Shown: in pieces, positions 28,086 to 37,704 of the stretch
Position numbering within the stretch: position 1 is the first letter of the stretch
Layout: every line of letters starts with the position of its first letter
From: a virus
Lineage: Duplodnaviria; Heunggongvirae; Uroviricota; Caudoviricetes
Strand: one strand, 5' to 3'
Length of the DNA: 64,000 nt
Virus record (IMG/VR): IMGVR_UViG_3300014043_000277
The notes under the pieces: generated by a model
The model's database searches: none
The model's input: the letters and a program-made list of their open reading frames with translations, nothing else
What the model was told of the DNA's origin: nothing
Program-made: the position numbers and the translations under genes

Positions 28086-29846
28086 TCATTCATCAACCGG
28101 TTCCAATTCCAGTTCATAAAGATGTTCAGGGTTCATTATCCGTGAAACGCCTGTAACCGTCGTGTAAGCGCCGTTTGAACCGAGAATGCGTTCTCCTTCA
28201 TGTATGTCCATTAACGTCGTTTGTGAGCCATCCTCGCGCGTTATAACGGTATCCAAAGCGAGAGGCGAACCGCAATTATGCGTCGGAATGCCATGATGAC
28301 ATGCATTCAACTTGTTCGCAGTGGTTTCGGCATCATGAGTCGCTGCAATCAGGAACGTGTGCGTCGGGTCATCCACACGAATGCATTTCACTGGCTCCGG
28401 TGTCATGAATGCGATTGAATACACCTGCCAGTTAATGAGTCGTTCACCATCATGCACGGGTGATAATACAGGACGTATTCCATGTTGGACAAGTTCATAT
28501 ATTTCCATGCTTGTCATTTCCTTGACCGGTTCGCCGGTGTCATAATCGCCTGACTGCATTGCATGCGCTGTCGCGTTCACATCGACAGGCCAGATATGTT
28601 CCGATGCTGCTTTCACAGTATGCATCCTGTCTTTGTCATCGTTGCGATCAATGAAAACAATGCGGAACATTTCATCCGGCGTATGTGTTTCCGTGAGTCC
28701 GGTGATTGTTGTTTCAACTCCCATTTCCGATAGCACGACATCATCTTTCCGTAATGCGTCCATTCTGACTGCATTGTATTCATCAGCGGCGTTCTTGTTC
28801 TTACGCCAGATGAGAGTGTCAACCGATAATGGAACCAACGCCATCGGGGTGACTTTCAAATCCCAGTATGCTTCGCCGGAAACGGTTCGCCCGAGTTTGA
28901 TTTGATTCCATGGGCCTTTATCGAAATCAACTGGTAATGATGCCATTGTCGGCAATGGCGGCACTGTTCTCAGATAAGCGGTATGACCGGGGAAATCCCA
29001 TCCGCTTATTGTTTTCATTTGACCTGGGTGTTTCTTATCCGGGACATCTCTTTCCGCGACCCATTCCGTTACATGCCCGAATGCCTCATTCAAATGCATG
29101 AGCGTATCATCGGTTCCCGCTTCACGGAATGTAGCCGGGAATGTAACCTGCATGTCCAATGGCGTTGTTCTGAATTCAGCGATGCGTGGTTGTTTCACAT
29201 GTCCGCGTTTATCAGGTTTCGGGATGTCCTTTTCAAATTCTTCCAGTTCACCATCCTCCATGGCTTTCGTGCGTCCATCAGCGATTAACTGTGGCTCCTC
29301 TGATGTTGTCCATTGCCCTATTTTAATGATTTCACGTGGATTCATGTTCGCGTCAGTTCCCATGTGCGCTTTCACGACAGTGAAAATCGTATCATAAATA
29401 TCCTTCTCCGCTTTTATTCTTGCTGAACCCTGCTGAGCCGCGACAACAGCCCATGACATTCCAATGAGAATGCCAATCACTGTCAATGCGGTTTGGCTGG
29501 TGTTAATTCCCATGATTCCGATAATGGATCCAATTGCAATCAGGATTACATACAGTTTCCGCCATGTCATCGCGGCAGGACCTGGGTCAACGGCGATTCC
29601 CCATTTGTTCCGTTTCTCCTGCTTTTTTGAAATCAATCTGGTGTCAGTTAATGCCTGTTTGATTTTCAATGTGAATTCAGGGCGTTTTGGTTCGAATAAG
29701 TCAGTTGATTTCAAACCTTTCGCACGACGTTTTTTCGGATCATTGAATGATGACTGTCGAATCATGTCGATTATCCATAGGACTAATTCCGCAAGGATAA
29801 GCGGTCCTATGGAACACGCGGCTATAACGCCTATTATCGTCATCAT
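28086..29846 (-). CDS. FtsK/TcpA-like ATPase, N-terminal half (TM segments), with one complete intein and the N-fragment of a split intein
   Basis: TM helices; IKLGRT...WDLKVTPMALV, then intein 1, CGS, then the intein N-fragment to the stop. Confidence 0.88.
   Translation of the reverse strand: MMTIIGVIAACSIGPLILAELVLWIIDMIRQSSFNDPKKRRAKGLKSTDLFEPKRPEFTLKIKQALTDTRLISKKQEKRNKWGIAVDPGPAAMTWRKLYVILIAIGSIIGIMGINTSQTALTVIGILIGMSWAVVAAQQGSARIKAEKDIYDTIFTVVKAHMGTDANMNPREIIKIGQWTTSEEPQLIADGRTKAMEDGELEEFEKDIPKPDKRGHVKQPRIAEFRTTPLDMQVTFPATFREAGTDDTLMHLNEAFGHVTEWVAERDVPDKKHPGQMKTISGWDFPGHTAYLRTVPPLPTMASLPVDFDKGPWNQIKLGRTVSGEAYWDLKVTPMALVPLSVDTLIWRKNKNAADEYNAVRMDALRKDDVVLSEMGVETTITGLTETHTPDEMFRIVFIDRNDDKDRMHTVKAASEHIWPVDVNATAHAMQSGDYDTGEPVKEMTSMEIYELVQHGIRPVLSPVHDGERLINWQVYSIAFMTPEPVKCIRVDDPTHTFLIAATHDAETTANKLNACHHGIPTHNCGSPLALDTVITREDGSQTTLMDIHEGERILGSNGAYTTVTGVSRIMNPEHLYELELEPVDE
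28089..28265 (-). other. Split class-3 intein, N-fragment (59 aa, Pro1)
   Basis: PLALDTVITREDG..T.MDIHEGERILGSNG....V...S.....LYELEL is block A plus following strands; the ORF stops before block B. Confidence 0.85.
28275..28832 (-). other. Class-3 mini-intein (186 aa, Pro1)
   Basis: PLSVDT start, AASEHIW, PVKCIRVD, PTHN followed by +1 Cys. Confidence 0.85.
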
Positions 29847-29850
29847 GAAT

Positions 29851-30417
29851 TCATTCCTTTCCGGATAGTTTTTCAGTTAACGTTCCCAGCCCGATACTGC
29901 CTTTAACATGCAGTTTTACACTATCATATGATATGAAATATCGTTTATTTTCATGTTCGCAATACATATAACGGCTATCCCTGCTGTTATTCAGGTTATC
30001 GCCGCGAACAAACAATGAATTCGCCGGTATTGTGAACTTATTGGATTCAATGTTTCCATTCATCCTATCGCATCCTCCGGTGTAACCGGTTTCATTATCT
30101 GCGAGAACGCCATTAACGCGGATTCTTCCATTCATGTCAATGCTTATTTCATCACCGGGGATTCCGATTACCCGTTTAATGAGATATTCATCATCGCCTG
30201 TCCATCCGTCATCATCATGGAAAACGATGATGTCATTGCGTCCAATGTCATCATGTGATGTGGAGCCATAAACAATATCACCATCATGCAATGCTGGCAT
30301 CATGCTTTCACCGGATACATGAGCGAGATTATCCGTCATGCTTAAACCGGCACCGCAGCTTATGATTATCACTGTTATTATAAGTATTATGCTTATTGTT
30401 TTCTGTCTTATTGTCAT
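29851..30417 (-). CDS. Signal peptidase I (S26)
   Basis: VSGESMMPAL, LIKRVIG and GDNLNNSRDSR. Confidence 0.9.
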   Translation of the reverse strand: MTIRQKTISIILIITVIIISCGAGLSMTDNLAHVSGESMMPALHDGDIVYGSTSHDDIGRNDIIVFHDDDGWTGDDEYLIKRVIGIPGDEISIDMNGRIRVNGVLADNETGYTGGCDRMNGNIESNKFTIPANSLFVRGDNLNNSRDSRYMYCEHENKRYFISYDSVKLHVKGSIGLGTLTEKLSGKE

Positions 30418-31739
30418 GATTTCATGTCATCATCCCCGACTTTTTCAAATACGTTGAAACCGCTTGCACCGAGAAGTTCCACGTTGCTTGTCTGCATGAA
30501 TGACCGTTCGCGTATTTTATCGCCAGGCATGCTTTCCAATAATAAATCCTGCTGATCACCTTTTGTCCATGTGAGTATGATTCCGGCGCTTGAATAAGCA
30601 TTACGGACGATTTCAACGGTTTGTTTCAAATCCTCAACATCATAGGATGTTACAACCATGCGATACACGCCTTCCAGCCATGGATTGTCGTTCTTATTAG
30701 TGTAAGCCTCCAATTCCATTGCTTTCTGATAATCCTCCTGTAAATCCAATGAAATATTATGACCTCCTGATGCCGCGTTGCCGCCCTCATCTTCCAAATC
30801 CATTTTCTGATGGGTTACTTCCTTTTTCATTTTCTTATTCGGAATAAGATCGAACCTGCCATACATGTCAAATGGCAATCCCATTTTCTGCATCATGTAA
30901 ATCCATGGTGTTCCACCTGGAACCTGCATGTTCTCAGGGAATTTACTGAATGTCAATGTCGCCCTGTATCCAGTGAGTACATGACCCATCATTGGTTGTG
31001 AGATTTCCGTCCATAGTTTATTTTTGATGAGAATTCCGCCGAGTTCGCGAACCATGTCTCCCTTGCCCCATCTTCCATTCGCTGGAACGTCAAGATACGG
31101 TGTCGGCATTGACGGATAGAATGTGCGCTTCATGACAAGCGCGATTTCCTCGGCTTCCGGGCGCGTCGCCATCATTTCGCTGCTATGGAAGAAATTATAA
31201 TAATCCTCCTCCATTGCTTTCGCGTTTTTGATTTCCTTATCACTGATTGAATAATCATCGATACCAGCCGGAACGAAAATAATGTCCTTCACATATTGCA
31301 ATGCCTGATCGAAACCGGCTTCCAGTTGACGCATGAATCCTTTCATGCTGACATCATGCCTGTCGGCCATTTTCACTCCGACGTAAATTTTACGGCTCAT
31401 GTATTCACGTGATTTCAAATATTGGACTTGATTCGCGAAATATTTATTGAAACCGGGTTTCCTATCCCAGCTTTCCGTCGTGCGTAGGAATTGATCCTCC
31501 CAGTGATCAATGTCCACTGGCGTGTTCGTGATGATGAGATGCATTGGAATGCGTTCATCCTTATTCGCCATCATATCAGCGAATGCTTTCGTCATGTTGT
31601 TAAGCATGTTCAATTTGGAACCGTCATCCATGAAATCATAGCTCTGTGTATTCACGGTGAAATACGCCCATATTTCATTTTTGCTGAATACAATGTTGTC
31701 AACGATTCCGCGCATCTGAATATCTAATTTCTCTGCCAT
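30414..31739 (-). CDS. VirB4/ConE/TcpF-like protein, N-terminal half only
   Basis: IVDNIVFSKNEIWAYF...YDF resembles the Tn916 Orf16/ConE N-terminus; ends LGASGF...VGD just before the ATPase domain; no Walker A. Confidence 0.65.
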   Translation of the reverse strand: MAEKLDIQMRGIVDNIVFSKNEIWAYFTVNTQSYDFMDDGSKLNMLNNMTKAFADMMANKDERIPMHLIITNTPVDIDHWEDQFLRTTESWDRKPGFNKYFANQVQYLKSREYMSRKIYVGVKMADRHDVSMKGFMRQLEAGFDQALQYVKDIIFVPAGIDDYSISDKEIKNAKAMEEDYYNFFHSSEMMATRPEAEEIALVMKRTFYPSMPTPYLDVPANGRWGKGDMVRELGGILIKNKLWTEISQPMMGHVLTGYRATLTFSKFPENMQVPGGTPWIYMMQKMGLPFDMYGRFDLIPNKKMKKEVTHQKMDLEDEGGNAASGGHNISLDLQEDYQKAMELEAYTNKNDNPWLEGVYRMVVTSYDVEDLKQTVEIVRNAYSSAGIILTWTKGDQQDLLLESMPGDKIRERSFMQTSNVELLGASGFNVFEKVGDDDMKS

Positions 31740-31751
31740 GATAATGTAATA

Positions 31752-33503
31752 TCAGTTTTCGCGTTCCATGATTTCCCTGAATTTTTCAGCATAGGCACGG
31801 GTGTTATCCGATGATATCCGTGAATCCATTGCGGGCATGTGTTTGGCATGGAACGCAGCGGCTGTATCCATACGGCGTTTACTATTCAATAATGTGATTT
31901 GATCCTCAAACAGGCCATCAATGTCAACAACAGGCGCATAACCCTCAAACTGCCTCATCATTTCCGTCGCTGTCTGCAAACGGTTCAATGTCAATTCCGA
32001 CAGGTTCAGATTATCATTTGCTATTTTCTCCTGAATTATCCTGTATCTTTTCGCCATTGGCAATCCAATCAATCGCGGACGCAATTCCTTCTGTTCGATT
32101 GCAAGCGCAAGAATGTAATCCTCCGGTTGCAGATCCTTCGCATTGCCATCAATGAACACATCCGATGGTTTACGGTTATTCTTATCCTTGCCATGCCATG
32201 CGCTGCGTTTCAATGATGATGAATCCGCGCCTGATTTCAATGACACGTACGCGATGAAATTATCCGCGAGAATCGGATCGCTGATGGTTTTATAAGCATC
32301 CATGCATTCATTTATGAATACACGGCGACCATTATCATCCGCGAGATTATGTTTACTTGCAAGCCAGTCAATGATATGATGATATAACGGATGCACGTTA
32401 TCCAATTGTCTCAGCAGCGCCTGCGGATCATCACGATACATGTCGCTTGCATCCTTATCACCGAGCGGAATCGTTGCATATGATTGCGATTGAATCACAG
32501 GAACCGCTTTGAATGTCCTTAAAGCGGCTTTCTGACCTGCTTCATCCGCATCGAACATGAATACAATGCGTCCATCCGGTGTAACCATTCGACGCAGCAG
32601 ATTAGCATGCTCCGTTGTGAACGCCGTTCCGCTTGATGCGACAGTGTTCAATTTACCGGCATGCTGGCATGCAATCACATCAAATTGTCCCTCAACGACA
32701 TACACTGTCTTATCAACGTTTGCTTGTTTACGGGCGATATCCTCACAGAACAGGACATTGCTTTTATGGAATACAGGATTATCAGCGGAATTCACATATT
32801 TGCCTTTTGATTTATCATCATCATAAACAATGCGTCCAGTGAAACCAATCGGATTACCGCTCATGTTACGAATGACGAACATGAGACGCGCGCGCCATGG
32901 GAAATGCAATGAACCATCCTCCCATTTATGGGCGACACCCGATTCAATGAGTTGCTTTTCAGTGAATCCTTTTTTCATGAGCGCATTGACGACATATTTA
33001 TCATCCTCCGGTGCCCATCCGAACAAATCATGATTGCATGCGTTATCAACAGGAATGTTTCTTTTGGAAACCTGACGTTTCGCCGCATGATCATCAGGAA
33101 GCCGGTCATACAGGTTTTTCAATGCTTTCGATGTTAACAATAGGATTTCACGGATTGTCTTACGAGGTGTCGCATCAGTGTCATAATCATCATTATGATA
33201 ATCAATGTTAAGTTCCTCCGCAAGCATTTCCACGCCATCCATGAATGGGATTCCCTCTGTTTTCTCCATGAATGAGAAAATGTCAAATGATTCGCCGCAA
33301 CCGAAACAATGACATGTTTGAATTCCTTCCGGTGGTGGAACCATGCATGATGGTGTTTTCTCCGAGTGGAACGGGCATAGCATTTTGAATCTGTTCGGAC
33401 CGGATGGTTTCACATCATAACCGTGCCGTTCAAGGAACGTGAGCATCGGCATTCTCATTTTAATCTCATCAGCAACATTACGCAGCTTATCATTATTCAC
33501 CAT
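31752..33503 (-). CDS. dnaG: DNA primase
   Basis: CHC2 zinc finger CPFHSEKTPS...CFGC, KYVNS, TOPRIM VEGQFD and FDADEAG; start 33503 from TGATATCAT-N7-ATG. Confidence 0.92.
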   Translation of the reverse strand: MVNNDKLRNVADEIKMRMPMLTFLERHGYDVKPSGPNRFKMLCPFHSEKTPSCMVPPPEGIQTCHCFGCGESFDIFSFMEKTEGIPFMDGVEMLAEELNIDYHNDDYDTDATPRKTIREILLLTSKALKNLYDRLPDDHAAKRQVSKRNIPVDNACNHDLFGWAPEDDKYVVNALMKKGFTEKQLIESGVAHKWEDGSLHFPWRARLMFVIRNMSGNPIGFTGRIVYDDDKSKGKYVNSADNPVFHKSNVLFCEDIARKQANVDKTVYVVEGQFDVIACQHAGKLNTVASSGTAFTTEHANLLRRMVTPDGRIVFMFDADEAGQKAALRTFKAVPVIQSQSYATIPLGDKDASDMYRDDPQALLRQLDNVHPLYHHIIDWLASKHNLADDNGRRVFINECMDAYKTISDPILADNFIAYVSLKSGADSSSLKRSAWHGKDKNNRKPSDVFIDGNAKDLQPEDYILALAIEQKELRPRLIGLPMAKRYRIIQEKIANDNLNLSELTLNRLQTATEMMRQFEGYAPVVDIDGLFEDQITLLNSKRRMDTAAAFHAKHMPAMDSRISSDNTRAYAEKFREIMEREN

Positions 33504-33717
33504 GCCAACAATGATATCATCATGAGCGCACAATTGGATGGTTCTTATTTGAGTCTTAATAATGTGCATGATGGCATTGCATTCAATGATTGAATTCTGT
33601 CATCAATAAACTCAATAAGACTGTTTAGAATCATATTATGTCAGTTAATCCAATCATCTTCCCATATGAATACAAGTGCTATTCCAAGGTGTTCATATAT
33701 TCAATGATATCAATAAT

Positions 33718-33767
33718 TAATGATAATGGGAACAGAAATGTTGTTGATTCTGTTCCCATTATCATTA
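33718..33767 (-). terminator. Terminator after recA
   Basis: 20-bp perfect inverted repeat. Confidence 0.7.
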
Positions 33768-33781
33768 AAAATCAAATTTAA

Positions 33782-34909
33782 TTATTCTTCTGTGTCATCA
33801 TTTGATGACTTATTAATTGCCTTCAATGCATCATCATCACCGCGTTCCAATGCTGCTTGCAGGATAGTCTGCGTATCGGCGGAACCAGTACTGTTCAAGC
33901 ATGCCAGCATGAGAGGTTCGTACTTGTCATACAGCCCGTTTTCATTCTCGCGCAGCATGGCAACTACTTTTGCTTTTCCTTGTGCAATTGTCTCGCCGGT
34001 TTCAGCATCCTTAATGAATGAACCTGATTTTTTCAGAATACCGAATTTAACACACAGGTCGAAAAGTTCATTTATTTTATCAACGCCGATACCATTCATA
34101 ATCCAGAATTCACCCTCACGCAAAGGCGGGGCAATTTTATTCTTCTTAACAACAACTTTCACTGGTGTTCCAATGAGTTCACCGGTTTTTGAATCTATTT
34201 CCGGCTTCTGCCGCGACACGCGAATACGTTGAGATGCAAAATACTTGATGGCATTTCCACCCATAGTGATATTTGGATTACCATACATTACACCGACATT
34301 AACTCTCTCTTGGTTAATGAGAATACATGTGGTTCCTGTTTTAGCAAGAGGCGATAGAATGCGCGTCATCATCCTTCCGACGAGTCTTGCCCTCAAACCA
34401 ATCTGATCCTTGTCAATTTCTCCGGCGAGCTCTTTCTCTGAAATCAATGCTGCCACTGAATCCAATACGATTATGTCCACGACACCGGATAGAATGAATT
34501 TCTCCATTATTGTCGCGGCCTGTTCACCTGATGTCGGACGACATACAATGAGTTTATCGATGTTCACGCCGAGTGTCGCGGCATAACGAGGATCAAGAGC
34601 CTGTTCCAAATCAATGAACACGGCATTGCCGCCATGTTTCTGGACATCCGCGATTGCATTCAATGCAAGTGATGTTTTACCTGACGCTTCCGGTCCATAG
34701 ATTTCAATGATGCGTCCACGCGGGAAACCGCCTCCCAACATGGAATCCACAACCCATGAACCGGTTGAAATTGTTTCCACATCAATGTTTCCATTTGCAA
34801 CCACAGCCGCGTCATCACCGAATTCCTTCTTGACATCCGCGACAATGGAATCGAATAGTTTCTGCCTGTCCGGTGTTGTCGCAGCAGTTGTTGATTTCTT
34901 AGCAACCAT
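33782..34909 (-). CDS. recA: Recombinase RecA (divergent)
   Basis: GGFPRGRIIEIYGPEASGKT, FIDLEQALDP, LDSVAAL, INQ and KNKIAPP. Confidence 0.95.
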   Translation of the reverse strand: MVAKKSTTAATTPDRQKLFDSIVADVKKEFGDDAAVVANGNIDVETISTGSWVVDSMLGGGFPRGRIIEIYGPEASGKTSLALNAIADVQKHGGNAVFIDLEQALDPRYAATLGVNIDKLIVCRPTSGEQAATIMEKFILSGVVDIIVLDSVAALISEKELAGEIDKDQIGLRARLVGRMMTRILSPLAKTGTTCILINQERVNVGVMYGNPNITMGGNAIKYFASQRIRVSRQKPEIDSKTGELIGTPVKVVVKKNKIAPPLREGEFWIMNGIGVDKINELFDLCVKFGILKKSGSFIKDAETGETIAQGKAKVVAMLRENENGLYDKYEPLMLACLNSTGSADTQTILQAALERGDDDALKAINKSSNDDTEE

Positions 34910-35001
34910 GAAATTTGACTCCTGTCCTGTTTCCTATTTTGGTTTTTATTGATGTGTACAATGATATCAATTGCATTCATAAACGGGACGGGATAATATA
35001 A

Positions 35002-35040
35002 AAGGAACCATGAATGATTTCTTTTCATTCATGGTTCCTT
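35002..35040 (-). terminator. Intrinsic terminator
   Basis: AAGGAACCATGAATGA/TCATTCATGGTTCCTT inverted repeat. Confidence 0.65.
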
Positions 35041-35062
35041 ATCTTGCTTGCGTTACATGCAT

Positions 35063-35203
35063 TCACTGCTGGTTTTCGCTGCTATTACGGCGATGCAGTG
35101 CATGTTCGAGCTGTTCGGTTTTCTTAACCAGCTCCTCATATTTCGCCTGACGGCGCTTCTTAGCCGCGATGCGGCGTTTAGCCATTCCGGATGATTTGCT
35201 CAC
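35063..35203 (-). CDS. Small basic protein (46 aa), below the ORF-track cutoff
   Basis: GTG overlaps the upstream TGA (GTGA), GGAGG SD, followed by a terminator; MSKSSGMAKRRIAAKKRRQAKYEE... Confidence 0.55.
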   Translation of the reverse strand: MSKSSGMAKRRIAAKKRRQAKYEELVKKTEQLEHALHRRNSSENQQ

Positions 35204-35586
35204 TTGGTTTCACCTCCTTTGCGTTCCTCCGCGATTTCAGCGAGACGGGCACGCAGTTTGGCTTCTTCCGTGTCCAGTTTCGCCTGACGCTCCATTTCTG
35301 CAAGGACAGCAGCGTCATCAGCCGCAGTATCCTTATCTTCCTCATTGGAAGCATTCTTGTATTCATTGTATTTACGCTGGAATTCATCTGATTTCGCGGA
35401 AGCGTATTTTGATGCGTCATCAGCGGCTTTGCTTAAAGCATCAATTGTCTTGCCCGCACCGGTTTTCGCAGCTTCGAAAGTTTCAGTTGCGAGTCCCTGT
35501 ACTCCACCATGCTTCTCAACTTCATCGGTTATTGCCTTGCCGATGGTTTTCAGCGAATCTACCAATGATGGTTTGTTATCTGCCAT
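35200..35586 (-). CDS. Hypothetical Ala/Lys/Glu-rich helical protein
   Basis: ORF with AAGGAG SD and TATAAT upstream. Confidence 0.65.
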   Translation of the reverse strand: MADNKPSLVDSLKTIGKAITDEVEKHGGVQGLATETFEAAKTGAGKTIDALSKAADDASKYASAKSDEFQRKYNEYKNASNEEDKDTAADDAAVLAEMERQAKLDTEEAKLRARLAEIAEERKGGETK

Positions 35587-35659
35587 TTTATTTCAACTCC
35601 TTTAATGTTTCCATGTTGTCATATTCTATTATATCTCATTATCTATCCGCATGGGAATT

Positions 35660-36979
35660 TCATTTGGAAATTTGCTTCTTCTCAGCATCTGCCGCTTCTC
35701 CCATGAGAGCATTGATTATGCGTTCATTGCGATTACGGACAGACTTATCTATTATAACCACGCCAGTTGCAACTGCCTGTTCAACCTCAGCGCGTTTACG
35801 TGTTCCTTCCTCAATGGCCGCAATGACTTCATTGTTCTGCGCGACAAGTGATTTCGCGGTTGCAATGATTTCCTCAGCGCTTGTTGATGGCGATTCCGCT
35901 ATGTTCATGACATAACGAGTATTTTCCATTGCGGCATGGTTCAAATGAGCGCGGGCTGTCCGTTTCGCGTTCTGAACGGCTTCAATGGTTTCAGCTGAGC
36001 GTTTCGCATCCATTGTCGCCGCTATCTGCACTATCACTTTTTTCATTTCCGGGATGACATTATTAATTGTGTCATGCGATTTCTGCTTCACTCCCTGTGA
36101 AATGGCTATGATGTTCCGGATTTGAGCGTTCGTCGCATGAGCATCAAACAGTTTAGTAACATATTCAGTGTGTTTAATGTCCAAATCATGAATGACAACA
36201 GCGAGCGCGGCGCGTTCATCATCAATCACATGCCAGTTCGGATCGCTGATGTCAGTTTCTTTTAGTTTCTTTTCAAGTTCATGAGCACGGTTCGCGGCTT
36301 CATCGCGAATGCTTTCAACGCTTGCAGTCAATGTAATCAGATGATCGATTGCCTGATTGTTCGCGTCAATCAGCTGTTGTCCCCATTCAATGTTTTGGGA
36401 TAATGCCGCGTTATTACTGGATAGTTTCGCTTTCACATAATCAAACCTGTCCAATAATGGTTTAGCGTCGAAGGATTCGCGTTTGAATGTTTCAATTTTT
36501 TCACGGAACCATCGTTTCAGTTTGGTTTCGTTCTCCTGAACAAGATCGAATGATGTGTTTTTCTCATATTTTGTGACGGATTCATCAAAATCACCTGTCA
36601 TGTCCCGAATCATTTTATTGATTTCAGGATAATCAATTTCCTTTGATACTTGTTCCAGTTGACGGTCAACGACACGGTTCACTTGCTGGATTATCTTATC
36701 ACCGAAATGATTGATTCGGTTCTCATTTTTCAGGAAATTATCCAATAACACCGGGGCTTTTGAAACAAGATCGCTTTTCTTATCATCATCCATCCTGTCA
36801 AGGAACCTGATTGCGTTCGCGTTCTCATCGTTCACATCCTCTGGTTTTTCAATGTCAGTGTTGGATTCAGTTGGAACCAATGCGGAGGCATCCGGTTTCA
36901 CTGGTTCCGTTATATCACCGATGTTCAGCATTGCGCTGATGTCATCACTGGTTTCATTCTTATCAATAGCGTCGCTCAT
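35660..36979 (-). CDS. TelA/KlaB toxic anion resistance family protein
   Basis: Long coiled coil, I..FG..., QIR.I.......I...IP and late A...Q motifs typical of TelA. Confidence 0.7.
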   Translation of the reverse strand: MSDAIDKNETSDDISAMLNIGDITEPVKPDASALVPTESNTDIEKPEDVNDENANAIRFLDRMDDDKKSDLVSKAPVLLDNFLKNENRINHFGDKIIQQVNRVVDRQLEQVSKEIDYPEINKMIRDMTGDFDESVTKYEKNTSFDLVQENETKLKRWFREKIETFKRESFDAKPLLDRFDYVKAKLSSNNAALSQNIEWGQQLIDANNQAIDHLITLTASVESIRDEAANRAHELEKKLKETDISDPNWHVIDDERAALAVVIHDLDIKHTEYVTKLFDAHATNAQIRNIIAISQGVKQKSHDTINNVIPEMKKVIVQIAATMDAKRSAETIEAVQNAKRTARAHLNHAAMENTRYVMNIAESPSTSAEEIIATAKSLVAQNNEVIAAIEEGTRKRAEVEQAVATGVVIIDKSVRNRNERIINALMGEAADAEKKQISK

Positions 36980-37046
36980 TCATACCTGCCATGTTAGTTT
37001 TGTTCTTGATAGCAATGATATCATGTGTTTTCATGACTGTCAAATC

Positions 37047-37652
37047 TCATATCGCATAAGCGCTGATTTCACCGTATGCGCGTATTCCGACATATAATGC
37101 CGTCGCGGCGTATAACAGCATGAGGTCATCAATCAAATCAATCCATTCTGATTTCAATTCAGTGTCACGTCCGGCTTCCCATCGTATTCCCATAACATTC
37201 CTGTTGTTCATGTTCAGGATGAGCGCATCATTCCAATCATCATCCGTTGCTGCTTTCATGTCCTCATTTGAACCATAAACGGAACGCAGAATTATCATTT
37301 TCTCCGATAGGACATCATCATGTTTATGCAGCCATTCACGTTCAATGTCGTCATAGGCGTCAATGAACGGATGTAATTCAATGTAACCATCAAATTTAGC
37401 CGGGTCAGGATGATGCTGTTTTATGGTTTCATCAACCTTATTGAACCATTTAAGCATGTATTCCTCATTCATGTATTTTTTAATGACTGAACCGCATATT
37501 TCCTGAATGGTTTCCGGCGCGGTGAAATCATATGTTAATCTGTTCGCGTCCTGATTATAATTCTCCTCCCCTCCAAGAGCAAGGAAAATCTCCAATGCTG
37601 ATGTTTTAGTCGGATAAACGCTGAGTCGCAATGCAACGCTTGTTTTAGCCAT
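37047..37652 (-). CDS. Hypothetical protein
   Basis: 201-aa ORF with GAAGGA SD. Confidence 0.6.
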   Translation of the reverse strand: MAKTSVALRLSVYPTKTSALEIFLALGGEENYNQDANRLTYDFTAPETIQEICGSVIKKYMNEEYMLKWFNKVDETIKQHHPDPAKFDGYIELHPFIDAYDDIEREWLHKHDDVLSEKMIILRSVYGSNEDMKAATDDDWNDALILNMNNRNVMGIRWEAGRDTELKSEWIDLIDDLMLLYAATALYVGIRAYGEISAYAI

Positions 37653-37704
37653 GTTATAAAAAGTCCTTCCATTAAAATACGGCTTCTATTATTGATAAGA
37701 TATA

